64,000 bases of DNA from the human T2T-CHM13v2.0 reference genome, Homo sapiens: assembly GCF_009914755.1 (NCBI RefSeq), contig NC_060925.1, one strand, 5' to 3'. Numbering within the stretch: position 1 is the stretch's first letter; each line of letters starts with the position of its first letter. A program made the position numbers and the translations under genes. The notes under the pieces are model-generated. The model saw only the letters and a program-made list of their open reading frames with translations, was not told the origin of the DNA and did no database searches. This document shows positions 46,318 through 64,000 of the stretch, one piece after another.

Positions 46318-47035
46318 ACCTCCTCAGAGAAGCCATTGTTGACCTTCTAATCTAAGCCAGGGTCCCTCCACACTCCCCAGCCTGTCACCCCCACTAGGCA
46401 GTGTCCCTCAATATACTCCGTTCTTATCCTTCATGGCATCTTGGTAATAGCAGGTAACTGCTCATTAATTAATGCAGCAGTTTGTTCAATGTCTGCCCCC
46501 TCCCTAAGGTCATAGATTTCAAGAGGCCAGACTGTCGCCATTACTCCTAGATCACTTATTCAGTGCCTGGCACAGTTCAAGTGTCCACTTAATACCTGTT
46601 AGATGAGTGAGCAAACCCCAGTTTATAGTAAGTTCACATTCTTTTTCACTGTGAGAGGTGGGGAAGGAAGGAAGATAACAAGTACTGAGTGGTTACCAGA
46701 TGTTGGCACTTAGACTGAGTTCAATACCAGCTCTGCCACTTACTGGTCATATGACCTTGGATAAATCACCTCGCCTCTTGTGTCTCAGTTTACCTTCTCT
46801 AAGAGATGTCAATACATATTTGGACCACGAGAAGCAACTGGAAGAGGAATGACAGCAGGGGTGAGGTGTGGGACAGAAAACAGGGGCAAGAGGATGATTG
46901 TCTAGAGGGAGTACTGGGACTATTAGGCACCCCCATCTTTGTATCCTGCACAACCAGATGGCTACCCTCCACTCTGCAAGAAGGCAAGGTTTTTTCTTTT
47001 CCTGGAGAAGTTAACATGGAGGAAGTCTGGACTCA

Positions 47036-47203
<168 letters not shown>

Positions 47204-47458
47204 TCATCTCTATTTTAATTTTTTTTTTAATGGGGAGATGGGGGGACTCCCGGGCCCTTTCTCCAGCTCTGCCAACAGAATTCTGGCAGCCAGAGGTATG
47301 CAACCCGGGTGAGAGATGGGGAGATTATTTTCTGAAGGCCTGAAGGCCAGAGAAGAGACCTACGGAAATTGATATTTACATGTGCCTCAGTGTAAAAGCC
47401 AGATCATCACTCAGTTCCCCTACAGTGAAGCCCACCAGTTGACAGAGCCCTCACACTG

Positions 47459-47542
47459 ATACACATACACACACACACATGCACACACACACACGCACAC
47501 ACAGGGGCACACACACGTGCCCACGCACACGTGCACACGCAC
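47459..47542 (+). repeat. Imperfect (CA)n/(CACG)n tract
   Basis: Alternating purine-pyrimidine run. Confidence 0.85.
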
Positions 47543-47789
47543 GGAGCTGCCAGTTATTTAGTGCTTCATTTAAAAATCAGCGTTTAATTATATTATATAT
47601 CACCAGATACTTGAAGGAATTCTCCAGGATAAGAGAGGAAGGCTAAAGCAGATGAAGGAACAAAAATGTTTGAAGCAAGTAAAAGATGCAGAGAGCAGAA
47701 GAAAATACTAAACAAGGCTTCTTAGCATCCTCGGAGAGTTAAGAGAAGGTATCATGTCCCTGAAATAAGATACTATAAGTGCTATATGA

Positions 47790-48032
<243 letters not shown>

Positions 48033-48314
48033 TAGTGGAGACAGGGTTTCACTGTGTTAGTCAGGATGGTCTCGATCTTCTGACCTCGTGATCTGCCCAC
48101 CTCGGCCTCCCAAAGTGCTGGGATTACAGGCTTGAGCCACGGCGCCCAGCTGAGAGTCAAACTTTTTAAAAAGACAGGGGCCAGGCATGATCTCTTGTGC
48201 CTGTAATCCTAGAACTTTGGGAGGCCAATGTGTAAGGAACACTTTAACCCAGGAGTTCGAGACCAGCCTAGGCAACATAGGGAGACTGCATCTCTACAAA
48301 TTTTATTTTTTTGA

Positions 48315-48473
<159 letters not shown>

Positions 48474-48610
48474 TAGTAGAGATGAGGTTTCTCCATGTTG
48501 GTCAGGCTGGTCTCCAACTCCTAACCTCAGGAGATCCACCCACCTCAGCCTCCCCAAGTGCTGGGATTACATGCGTGAGCCACTGTGCCCAACCTAAAAA
48601 ATTTTAATTA

Positions 48611-48751
<141 letters not shown>

Positions 48752-48755
48752 TCAA

Positions 48756-48756
<1 letters not shown>

Positions 48757-48799
<43 letters not shown>
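48757..48799 (+). repeat. (AAT)n microsatellite in an Alu tail
   Basis: ~14 units. Confidence 0.93.
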
Positions 48800-48801
<2 letters not shown>

Positions 48802-49945
48802 GGTCAATGGAAGAATCGAGAGATAACAAAAAGGAAATTTCCCAGAGGATATAACAAAAGAGGATGTGAGGAAATTAGAGGATCTATCCAGGAGGCCCAA
48901 TATCTGACTAAGGGATTTTCCAGGGATCCCAGAGAAGGCAAAGGGGAGGAAATGGTATGAGAACGTTTTATACTGAAGGACATGAATCTTCACACACACA
49001 CGGAGCTGCCAGTTCACCTAGGAGAGATGGGGAAGGAAGGAAGGTAACAAGTACTGAGTGGTTACCCTTAGAGGGCCCAAAAGAAATGAAAAAGAGCCAC
49101 TTGAAAGCACACCGTCACAAAGTGTCAGACTACCAGGGATAAAGAGAGGAACCGACAAGTTATGCAGGTAGAGAGGACAGATCACATACAAAACATCAGG
49201 AATCAGAATGGTTTTAGATGCTTCAGTGGCAACACTGGAGTCTGGACAATGAGGGAGCCATGCCTTCAAAATTCTGATGGAAAATTACTTCCAACCTACC
49301 ATTTCATCTCCAGTCAAAGAAATCAGAAATTAGGATAGAATAACGACATTTTCAGACAAGCAAGGGTGTAAAAATTCTACCTCCTATGTGCCCTGTCTCA
49401 GGAAGTGATTAGAGGATGTCTTCCACCAAAATGAAGGCATAGATCAAGACAGAGGAAGACTTGCAAGCCAAGAAACGGGTGCTCTAGCCGAGGAGGACAG
49501 GTGCGCAGCTGGTGTAGAATAGAAAGCAAACAGTGCAGATGGAAAGTGGGGAGGAGGCCGGGCACCGTGGCTCACGCCTGTAATCCCAGCACTTTGGGAG
49601 GCCGAGGCGGGCGGATCACCTGAGGTTGGGAGTTCGAGACCAACCTGACCAACATGAAGCAACCCCGTCTCTACTAAAAATACAAAATTAGCCGGGCGTG
49701 GTGGCTCATGCCTGTAATCCCAGCTACTCGGGAGGCTGAGGCGGGAAAATTGCTTGAACCGGGGAGGCGGAGGTTGCGCCATTGCACTCCAGCCTGGGCA
49801 ATGAGAGAGAAACTCCGTCTCAAAAAAAAGAAAAAAAAAAAAAAAAGAAGAAGCCGGGCGTGGTGGCTCACGCCTGTAATCCCAGCACTTTGGGAGGCTG
49901 AGGTGGGCGGATCATGAGGTCAGGAGATGGAGACCATCCTGGCTA

Positions 49946-50200
<255 letters not shown>

Positions 50201-50850
50201 TCATAGCTCACTAGGAAAACAAAAAGAACTGGTAGATTATGCAATTGGATGGAAGAGACATCTTATAGGTCTTTTGGAATGTTTGAGGAGATTTAGCAAT
50301 ATGTACACAGAACTAAGCAAGTGGAGAAAATTGGCGCAATTATTACCTCTGGGAAACTTAAATGTCTGCACTAAAAAATGTAATTATAGTATGTTCTTTG
50401 GCTTAGCAGTGGACAATATCTACAAAGTCGTAAGAATGTAAACCCTAAATATTGAGTTAGCTAAAAATGGTGATAAAACTATATTGGAGCCAGACATGGT
50501 GGTGAGCACCTGTAGTCCCAGCCACTCAGGAGTCTGAGGCCAGAGAATCGTTTGAGCCCAGGAGATGGAGGCTGTAGTGCACTATGGTTGCACCTGTGAA
50601 TAGCCATTGCACTCCAGCCTGGACGACATAGCACGACCCCATCTCTTAGGATTTTCTTTCTTTCTTTTTCTTTTTATTTATTTTTTATTTTTTATTTTTG
50701 AGATGGAGTTTTGCTTTTATTGCCCAGGCTGGAGTGCAGTGGGATGGTCTTGGCTCACTACAACCTCTGCCTTCCTGGGTGCAAGCAATTCTCCTGCCTT
50801 GGCCTCCCGAGTTGCTGAGACTACAGGTGCCCGCCACCACACCCAGCTAA

Positions 50851-51012
<162 letters not shown>

Positions 51013-51709
51013 TAAACAACTATGTTGGGAGGATGGAGAGAGGAACAATTGAGTGATGTGATGAGTTAGCCCTCATCTACTGTAATAGGGCATTGTGAGG
51101 AACATTACTAGTGTTCACTAATATCTGCTTCTCCCTGCTTTGGGTCACATAGAAGACTATTTCTCAACCCCTTGCAGTTGGGCATGGCCACATGACTACT
51201 TTTGGCCAGTCAGCTTCAGGTGGAAGTGATGTGTCGCCACTGGACTAAAGTTTAGATGATCCTGCAGCTGCCTCTTCTCCCTCTCTGGTGATCAAGGGGG
51301 CCTTGGGTTAAGACAGCAGGGCCACAGGGGTAAAGCAGCCTGGAATGGCCTCTTGGAATTTAGATTGTCCTGGAAACACTGAATGGACTCTGTGAGAGAG
51401 AAACCTTTCATTTGTTAAACCACTGGGATTTGGGTATTTAGGCATAGCCTTGCTTAACCAAATCCACGCTTCAACAAGTACTATCTAAAATGGATGAATC
51501 AAGAAATAGCCACGTAAGCATATTCTTTAGAATTGTGGAGATAATCACTATAAGAATAGCTAAAAACATTCAAAGTGATTGCCCCTGGGGAACAGGACAG
51601 AGGAATAAGAGAGCAAGGATGGGTAGAGGGGCAGCTGTTCTCATTATTGTCCTGTATGACTTTTTACACTATGTAATTGTGTTACATTGGCAGAAATAAA
51701 ATTTTCTTT

Positions 51710-52913
<1,204 letters not shown>

Positions 52914-52919
52914 TGAGAG

Positions 52920-53480
52920 CCTGCTTTTTTGCCGGGCACTGCTGGTAGGCCCAAGGGTACAGCAGGGAACAAAATGGACGAAGTCTTCTGGCTTCAGGGA
53001 ACTTACATGGGCGAGAGACCCAAGTGGGCAGAAAAGAAGATGAATGTAAGTCAGGAAGTGGTTTGTGCTGTAATGAAAAATGAAGCCGCTGAAGGAGCTA
53101 GAGAGAGTTGGTGGGGAGGATGGTACTTTAGATAGAGTGGTCAGGGAGGGCCTCCCTGAGGAGGTGACATTTGAATAGAGTCCTGAATTAAGTGATGGAG
53201 CAAGCCATGCAAAATATGGGGGGACCGGGGTTCCAGGCAGAGGCAAGAGCAAGTCCAGAGGCCCCGAAGTGGGGAGGTGGGAGCGGGCTTGACGTGTCCA
53301 GGGAACATCAAAGAGGCCAGTGTGTGGCAGGGGCACATCGGTGGAGGGGAACATGCTGGGAACTGAGATCCCAAAGGTAGTCGGGGCAGCTTGCAGAACA
53401 GAGAGAATTTTGGGAAGTCGCTGGGGGACTGAGAGCAGGGGAGTGGCATGATTTGTCTTGGGGCTGGAGAAGGGAGTCTA
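52920..53480. mobile_element. L2 fragment
   Basis: gtggtcagggagggcctccctgaggaggtgacatttga....gacctgaa and ttccaggcagagg..agagcaagt are typical L2 text. Confidence 0.75.
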
Positions 53481-54236
53481 CGGTGGCCAGAAGGACGGGG
53501 CGTGGCTGTGGGTGGAGGGGAGAGAGGGGGGCCGTGAGGAGAGGAGCCCGGGGCCCTACCTGGCGGGCAATCAGCGCTGGGCCGCTCAGCCCGCTTGGAC
53601 CAACTACAGCAGCTTCATCACCCACTTCCCAGCATCCCAGCCCCCTCTGGGAATGGAAGGATCCTTCACAAATCAAAATAGCAGGCAAAGAACAGCCTCT
53701 AATTGTTCTGCGTAAGAGCAGAGAAATTAGACGAGTCAGCTGTGGGGTTGAGACCGCCTCCCACACAGCTGTGATCCCACACCCCACTGAAGACACTTCC
53801 TGAGACTTGCAATTCTGCTGTATCTGAGCAAAACTTTTTCCTTCTCCAGCCCCAGAGCAAATGACAGCTATTTGGGAGGGAGTAGGATAGATGCTGCCCT
53901 GGAGGACAATGAGTGAGTCAATTTCTTTTCAACCAAAAATACCAGTCACTTCATGCAGGAACAGCCTTAGCTGATGCGAGTTTATTCCGTCATTCAAAAA
54001 CACTGAGTGCCTCGTCCTAGGTGTCCAGGGCTGGGCATGGGATCAGAGCGATTCTAAAGGAATGGAGGCATACAGTATGGGGCCACCCTTGGGGTGGTGG
54101 AAAGAGGGAGCGTGGGAGTCAGGAGGTCTCAGTTCTCGCCTTGGCTCCGCCACTGTTGCTGTGTGACCTTGGGTGAGTCCTGCTGCCTCTCTGGGCTTCA
54201 ATCTCCCTGTCTCTCCCAAATGGAGGCTTTAGGCTA

Positions 54237-54435
54237 CATAGTAATTCTCAAACTTTTGAGTTCATAAGAATCACTTGGGGTGAGGAGGTGCTTCTTAAAG
54301 ATGAAGATTCCCAGGCCCCAGTTCCAGAGATAAAGATCGCTCAGATCTGAGGTGCAGTTCAGGACCCTGCATTTCTTCCAGGCTCTTCCGGTAATTCTGA
54401 AGCGATACCTCAGGCCACGCTTTAATAAAATCACT
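54237..54435. mobile_element. MER5-type hAT MITE
   Basis: ttctcaaactt....cataagaatcac.tgggg....ttaaa.atg.agattcccaggcccca....ctgcattt....ggccac.ctttaa. Confidence 0.7.
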
Positions 54436-55429
54436 TCCCCTCAATGTGTCTCTCTTCCTGCTCTGGAATTCAAGGAGTCACTCATGTAACCCTCCTCTGG
54501 GTATCTCAGATCACTCCAGAGGCATGAGAGCAGCGTCATATAGCCCTGTCTCGGGGTGCCCGTGTGTTGCTGTGGTGGTGACACTGCATTTGGGAAGGTC
54601 TGGCTCAGTGTATGCAGTCTCCCCCAGGCTACCTGTTGCCCTGCCCAGGCCCTGGTGCAGAAGGGGCCATGGCTGTAAACTGGCCAAACAAGGGGCCAAC
54701 TGTAATGTAGATAGCTGTGCAGGGCAGAGAGCATGGAGGGATGCTGGGAGTGCTGGGTGCAGAGTTTGGCTATAGACATCTGGCCTGGACCCCTGGGCTC
54801 ATGCCTTGGGTTGGATGTGTGACCCTGTCACCTGCTCCGCTTCCCCACACCACTGTGGATGGGAAGAGGGATGCACTGTGGCTTCTGCAGAGAGGTGAGT
54901 CCAGTTGCATGGGGATGAAGAGGCCTGGATGGAGCCGCAGGAAGGACTGGGGGCTCTGGTCTACCACCGAGGACACCCAGGGGGTCTCAGACCCCAGCCA
55001 ATCTACTAGGCAGTGTCCCTTCCTCAGAGTTGACCAATCATACTCCCCAAAGGCTAGGTCAGTGCCAGGAGCTAGAGAATCAAGTCACTCTGGTCTAGCC
55101 CCCAGCTCCATTCTTCACCTGTGAAGAAAAAGAACAGCGATTGTGTCCAGAGTGCTCTCCATGCATCAGGCTTGGAGCTAAGTGCTGTGTTAGCTTATTA
55201 AATTTTCACAGCCATCCTAAGAGGTTGCTACAAACATTACCCCTCTTTTTACAGTTATGGATGCAGAGCCTTAGAGAGTTCAAGTTTCTAACTCAGAGTC
55301 ACTCAGCTAATATAATAAGTAGTAGAGGCAGGATTAGAACCCAGATTTGCTTTCTGCTGGAGCCCAGTTTTATTTTTAAACATATTGCTTAGTACCTTTC
55401 AGAAGATAAGTATTTTTCTTTTTCTTTTC

Positions 55430-56810
<1,381 letters not shown>

Positions 56811-56896
56811 CTCCCCTGACCTTTTGCATGTCCTTAGGAAAGCTACTTCCCTTCCTTGAGTTTCATGTGAAACTGAAATCTGTGAAATGGGATTAA

Positions 56897-57274
<378 letters not shown>

Positions 57275-57906
57275 TGAGTGAGTGCACCATGGCACAGGCC
57301 ACTGACCACAGGAGGCAGTACATGGGCCTTTGTGGGCTTGCAGGGCACTTACCAGGGTGAGTGTAGGTGGCTCATCAGCAGAGGTTGGATTCTGATCAAG
57401 ATCAATGATGGTGTGGTGGCTGGCCAGTGGGAGTGTAGAAGAAGGTCAACCAATGGGAATGGGAATAGCTGGCCAGGGGGGCATGCGGATGGTTGACTAT
57501 TGTGAAGATGAATGACTGATCAGTGGTCATATGGGTTGCTGGCCAAAGGGAATGTATGAATTTATGAAGGAGATTATGGATGGCTGGTTATGTACATGTA
57601 GGTGGCTGGCCAGGGATGTGTGGATGTATAGAGAGATGGTTGGATGTCCAGTGAGGTGAGGGTGTCACTGACCAGTGAGCAGTGGAGGCTGCAAGATCTG
57701 TGGTCCCATTTTAAACTCCCTTTCATCCTAATTTGAAAACCACTGGCCTGGATGACCAAAGCAAAGCCTAGAGAATAGCCTGCAGGGAATGACAAATAGG
57801 AGCTAAAATGGTAATTATAGTAACTGCCTGTATCAGGGGAGCTGCAATAACATTCTCCAAAGCTCAGGGGCTTAACACTGTAGAGGTTTCTCTCTCACTC
57901 CCATCA

Positions 57907-58343
<437 letters not shown>

Positions 58344-59368
58344 AATTTATGGCCCATTTCTTCTAGTGACAGCTGGTCACATGGCCCCACCTTAATGCAA
58401 GGAAGTGAGAAATATTGTTTAGAAGGGCTCCACAGACATAGTAACTAATTAACCTCTCTGAGTCACACTATATCATGAGATGTTGAGAAGGTTAAAAGAG
58501 ATAATATGTGTAGAATACTTAGGACAAGTCCTGGCTCATCGCCAAGGCCCAATGAATAATAGCTATTAAATGATTAAGCCTGTGAGATAGACAAGGCAGG
58601 GACTCCTACCTCCATTTGACTGTAGGGAAACAGAATCAGAGAGGTCAGGTGGTTTACTTAGGGTCACACAGCCAGGCATTTTGTGGAATTTGGCCTGCAA
58701 CCTAGGGTTCCTGCCCCCAGGTCTGTTACTCCTTCTAGTCCCTTTTGTGGAAGTTTGCAGAGGGTTGATGCTGTGGGTGGGAGAGAACAAGCTTCTTGGT
58801 TACCTTTGACCCTCACAAGGGCAGAGTCCCTGGTGCCCTTTTATAGCCTGTGAGCCATTGGCCTTGACTCACAGCAGAGCCCCATTCCTCACTGTCAGCC
58901 TTCAGCTTACGGGCCATTAACTGCATCCCTCCTGGGGCTGGACCAGATGGGCCTCCTCACTCCACAATCCCTCACACACACACTTTCCCAGTGTGTGCCA
59001 TCAGCACTTATTGAACCTGTGGGCCACTTGCTGTGTGACCTTAAACAAGTGCTGTTCTGGTTCCTATACAATGAAGGTCTTGGATTCAGTTACTTCTAGG
59101 GGTCCTGCCAGCCTGATGTCCTGTGGACCCACTCTGTCTGTGGATCCCCAGCCCCTTCTCACTTCTTAGCCTCAAGTCCATCGTGTGGCTTCTTAAATCC
59201 TAGCATTCCAAGAGATCCTGGGAGTCCCCTGGGCCAGCCTCAAGGCTGTATCAGAATCCCACAACACCCCCTAAGGTGTTCATCCAGCCCAAGCCCACAC
59301 TCCAGGAATGGGGAGCTCATTTCATCCTAGGCACCCTTCCTATCTCAAGAAGGAAGTCCTTGAGTTAA

Positions 59369-60180
<812 letters not shown>

Positions 60181-60657
60181 CGCCTTAGCCTATTTAATCC
60201 TTACGACAATCCTGGAGATGTGGGTACTGTCATTAGCCCCACTCCACTGAAGCTCCAAGAGGTTTAGTAATTTCCTTACACTATGTAGTAGGGCCTGAGT
60301 CCTGCTCCTAGCTCATGTTGTCTGTCTTAGCAGTCCTGTCCCCAATGGAGCTAGTTTGGAAATGGGTCAAGGTGCTTTGAGTTACTGCAATGACTGGCAT
60401 TCAGTGGGCTGAGCTAAACGATTTCATTACGGCCACCCATGGACACAAAGGCTGAAAAGGGGCCAGGAGAGAACATAGGGGACCTCCCTGATGAGGGCCA
60501 ATCCTGCTAGGTCTTTACGGATAACTAAGAGTTCACCAAGTACCGAAGCCGAGGAGGACACTCCAGACAGAAGAATCCCCTTGAACAAAGGCTGGGAGGA
60601 GGTGGTGGGACTTGCCCAAGCCTTGAAAGGGTGGGCAAGCAGGTGGGGGCCCCTTAG

Positions 60658-61520
<863 letters not shown>

Positions 61521-61950
61521 TGACTCCAGGAGAGGAGCGGGACCTGTGGCTCTACAACTGAGTCCTTAAACAGGGCATCTCCAGGAAGGCGGGGCTTCAA
61601 CCTTGAGACAGCTTCGGTTTCTAACTTGGAGCCGGACTTTCGGAGTTGGGGGTCCGGGCCCAGGACCCAGAAAGGGCAGTGGTGGGGACAGTTGCTTGAA
61701 AACTGAGCTGCAAGACTGGGCCTCTGTGTAGTAGGGAGGAGCCTCCTGTGAGGGGAGACCCAGAGACAGGACAGCTGGGTGTGGCTACAGCTGAAGATTT
61801 GGTCACCAGATAGGGCGCCTGTGCAAAGGGCCTGTGGCCTCAACTTTGGATACGGGATACAGTCCCAGCCCTGAGTTCTAGCAAGGGGCAAGGCTCGCTG
61901 AGGTCCAGGTCCGACTTGACACCTTTATAAATAGAATATAAAAGACTGAG

Positions 61951-62232
61951 GGGCCAGGCGTGGTGGCTCAAGCCTGTAATCCCAGCACTTTGGGAGGCCG
62001 AGGCAGGTGGATGGACATGAGCCCAGGAGTTCGAGACTAGTCTGGGCAACATGGGAGACCCTGTCGCTACAAAAAATACAAAATTAGCCAGGCATGGTGG
62101 TGTGTACCTGCAGGCCTAGCTCCTTGGAAGGTGAGAGGATCACTTGATCCCAGGAGTTTGAAGCTGCAGTGAGCTATGGTGGTGCCACTGCACTCCAGCC
62201 TGGGGGACAGAGTAAGACTCTGTCTCTCAAAA
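61951..62232 (+). mobile_element. Sense Alu in the putative 3' UTR
   Basis: Alu consensus match. Confidence 0.9.
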
Positions 62233-64000
62233 AGGAGAGAGAGGGAGAATGAGGGAAGAAGAGATAGGAAGAGAGAGAAACAGTATACCTTTTATCTCTT
62301 TGACAGGCATGTATTTCCTTGGAATGGGCAGGAATCCCTCAGAATCGGTGGCCACAGTGGGGCTTGGGACAGGACAGCAGAGCGGGGGGCAGCCGCTCCA
62401 GGATAGGGTAATAAGACAGGACCTTGGTTGGAGTAGGGTCCCCAGAACTGAGTACTAATGGGGGCCCAGAGGCTTGGGAAGGAGAAGGCTTCCAAAACCA
62501 GTTCGAAAACCCAGACCCGGAGTGGACCTCCGTGCCAAGGGGTGGTGGTGGGTGGGTGGAGGAAGAGGTGGGCTCCTGCTTCAAGGTTAGGTCTTCCAGT
62601 GGAAGGTGGATGCTTTCTGTGAGTCCCCAGGGCCCTAGTTTCTCTGGCCCAGATACTGGAGGACAGAGGACCACCTACTTAGATCCCGTAGATGGTAAGT
62701 GGTGCCTGGGACTCTTGAGGGCGGGGGGCGGGGTATGAGAAGCATCAGTTCGCACTTGGTGCTGGGTCCTGGGCCCTGATAAGAACCTGGATGAAATCCT
62801 CTTCCATTCTCCCAACATCTGGCTGCATCCATGTGTCTGGTGTCAATGACTCCAGTGAACTGGAACTGCCCATATGGGGACCTGACCTTGAAGGAACTGG
62901 GGGGAGAAGCTTTTGTAACTGCAATGCCGGCATCAGTGTGTGTCCCCCTCTGCCTTTCCCCCCAGGCTCCCCAGGTCCCCCACCTGCTCCAGCCCAGCTG
63001 TCCCCTTCACGCTGCCGAGAGTGATATCCACCTGGAGTTGGGTGTAGAAGTTTTTCTTTTCATTGGTTCGGCATTTTATTCAGGCACTCCTGGATCTTTG
63101 CTTCCCAGAATATCAGTGTCTGTCCTTGTTCTCTGTACCTCCCCCGTGCCTCATCTCCTCTCCCTCCGCTGCTGTCCCCTCCCTCACCAACACTGCCTCA
63201 GTAATGCACCCCTGACTCCCTATTGAAGCAGTGTGCTGACATCCTTGTAAAAACAAATTTAATTTTCTTCCTTTTTTGGGACAGATGGAAAGAAATTGAC
63301 GTCTTTGTCTCAAACAAAAGAAAAAAGAAAAAGAAACAATATACTTCTTTTCCCTTTGACAGCCATGTCTTTGGAACAAAAGCTGGGAGGCTGTCACTCC
63401 AGCAGGGACTGAATAGCATGCAGGGGGCTGGGGACTTAGGCACCAAGAGGGGCTTTGGGCACATTAGGGGGAAGGGATGCTCTCAGAGGGCAAAGCACAG
63501 CCCCCTTCTCAGGGTGAGGCTCCCAGCAGCCCCAGACCCGGGGATGTGCCTCCTTTGGGAAATGGCTACCCCGGGTCCTGGAAAGATGTGGGGCCATGCC
63601 CAGCACTCACATCCAGCCTGCCAAGCCATTGTGACCTGGGGTCCCAAGCCACCTAGATCACTCTCACTACCTTGTGACCACAGAGACCCCTGTGTCTGAG
63701 GGTGGGAGGTCGTCAGCATGGCAGGAGACACTTCTCCTCATCAGGGGTCCTCCTGTGAATGCTTTGGGGGTATGGCAGAAAAAGGGACAATCTAGGAACT
63801 GGGGAAGACTCCTGAAGGAGGTGACATTGGAGCCAGGCTGTTTACTCTCCCTGCAGGACCTGTGTCCCCTCCCAGGATAGGCCTGTTTCAAGGCTGCTTG
63901 AAGCCCACTCACTGCCATCTCCTGTGTCTGTAACAGATCTGGCTGTTTTTTGCCCCTTCTGATATGTAAATCTGTCCTGAGGTCAGCAGGGCCCGGGTCC

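Overview
Primate genomic DNA, most likely human, containing the complete coding structure of the delta opioid receptor gene OPRD1 on the + strand. Exon 1 CDS is 10376-10602 inside a promoter CpG island, followed by a ~46.3 kb intron 1, exon 2 at 56920-57269, intron 2, and exon 3 CDS at 60707-61248. The three parts total 227+350+542 = 1119 nt (372 aa), and the haplotype is Phe27. The 3' UTR has no canonical AATAAA inside the window and probably runs beyond it. The rest is heavily repeat-derived: roughly 70 Alu/FLAM/FAM pieces by eye, a two-ended Tigger1 interrupted by ~9 Alus, MER1A, MER5, THE1/MLT1/MLT2 LTRs, L1M, HAL1, L2 and MIR. Almost all short ORFs in the track are Alu or GC-shadow artefacts. 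I found no new gene or prokaryote-type system. The most interesting observations are: (1) a weak-acceptor, inverted-Alu-flanked exon 2 that could give an NMD-escaping single-TM isoform and a circle with an overlapping AUGA start/stop ORF; (2) a 13-bp direct repeat exactly 144 nt apart in exon 3; (3) a UGA-CCAG stop resembling the readthrough context of the paralogues; (4) a two-fragment templated insertion in HAL1; (5) several nested-transposon and repair scars. Repeat family names are from memory of consensus sequences, and repeat boundaries are approximate.
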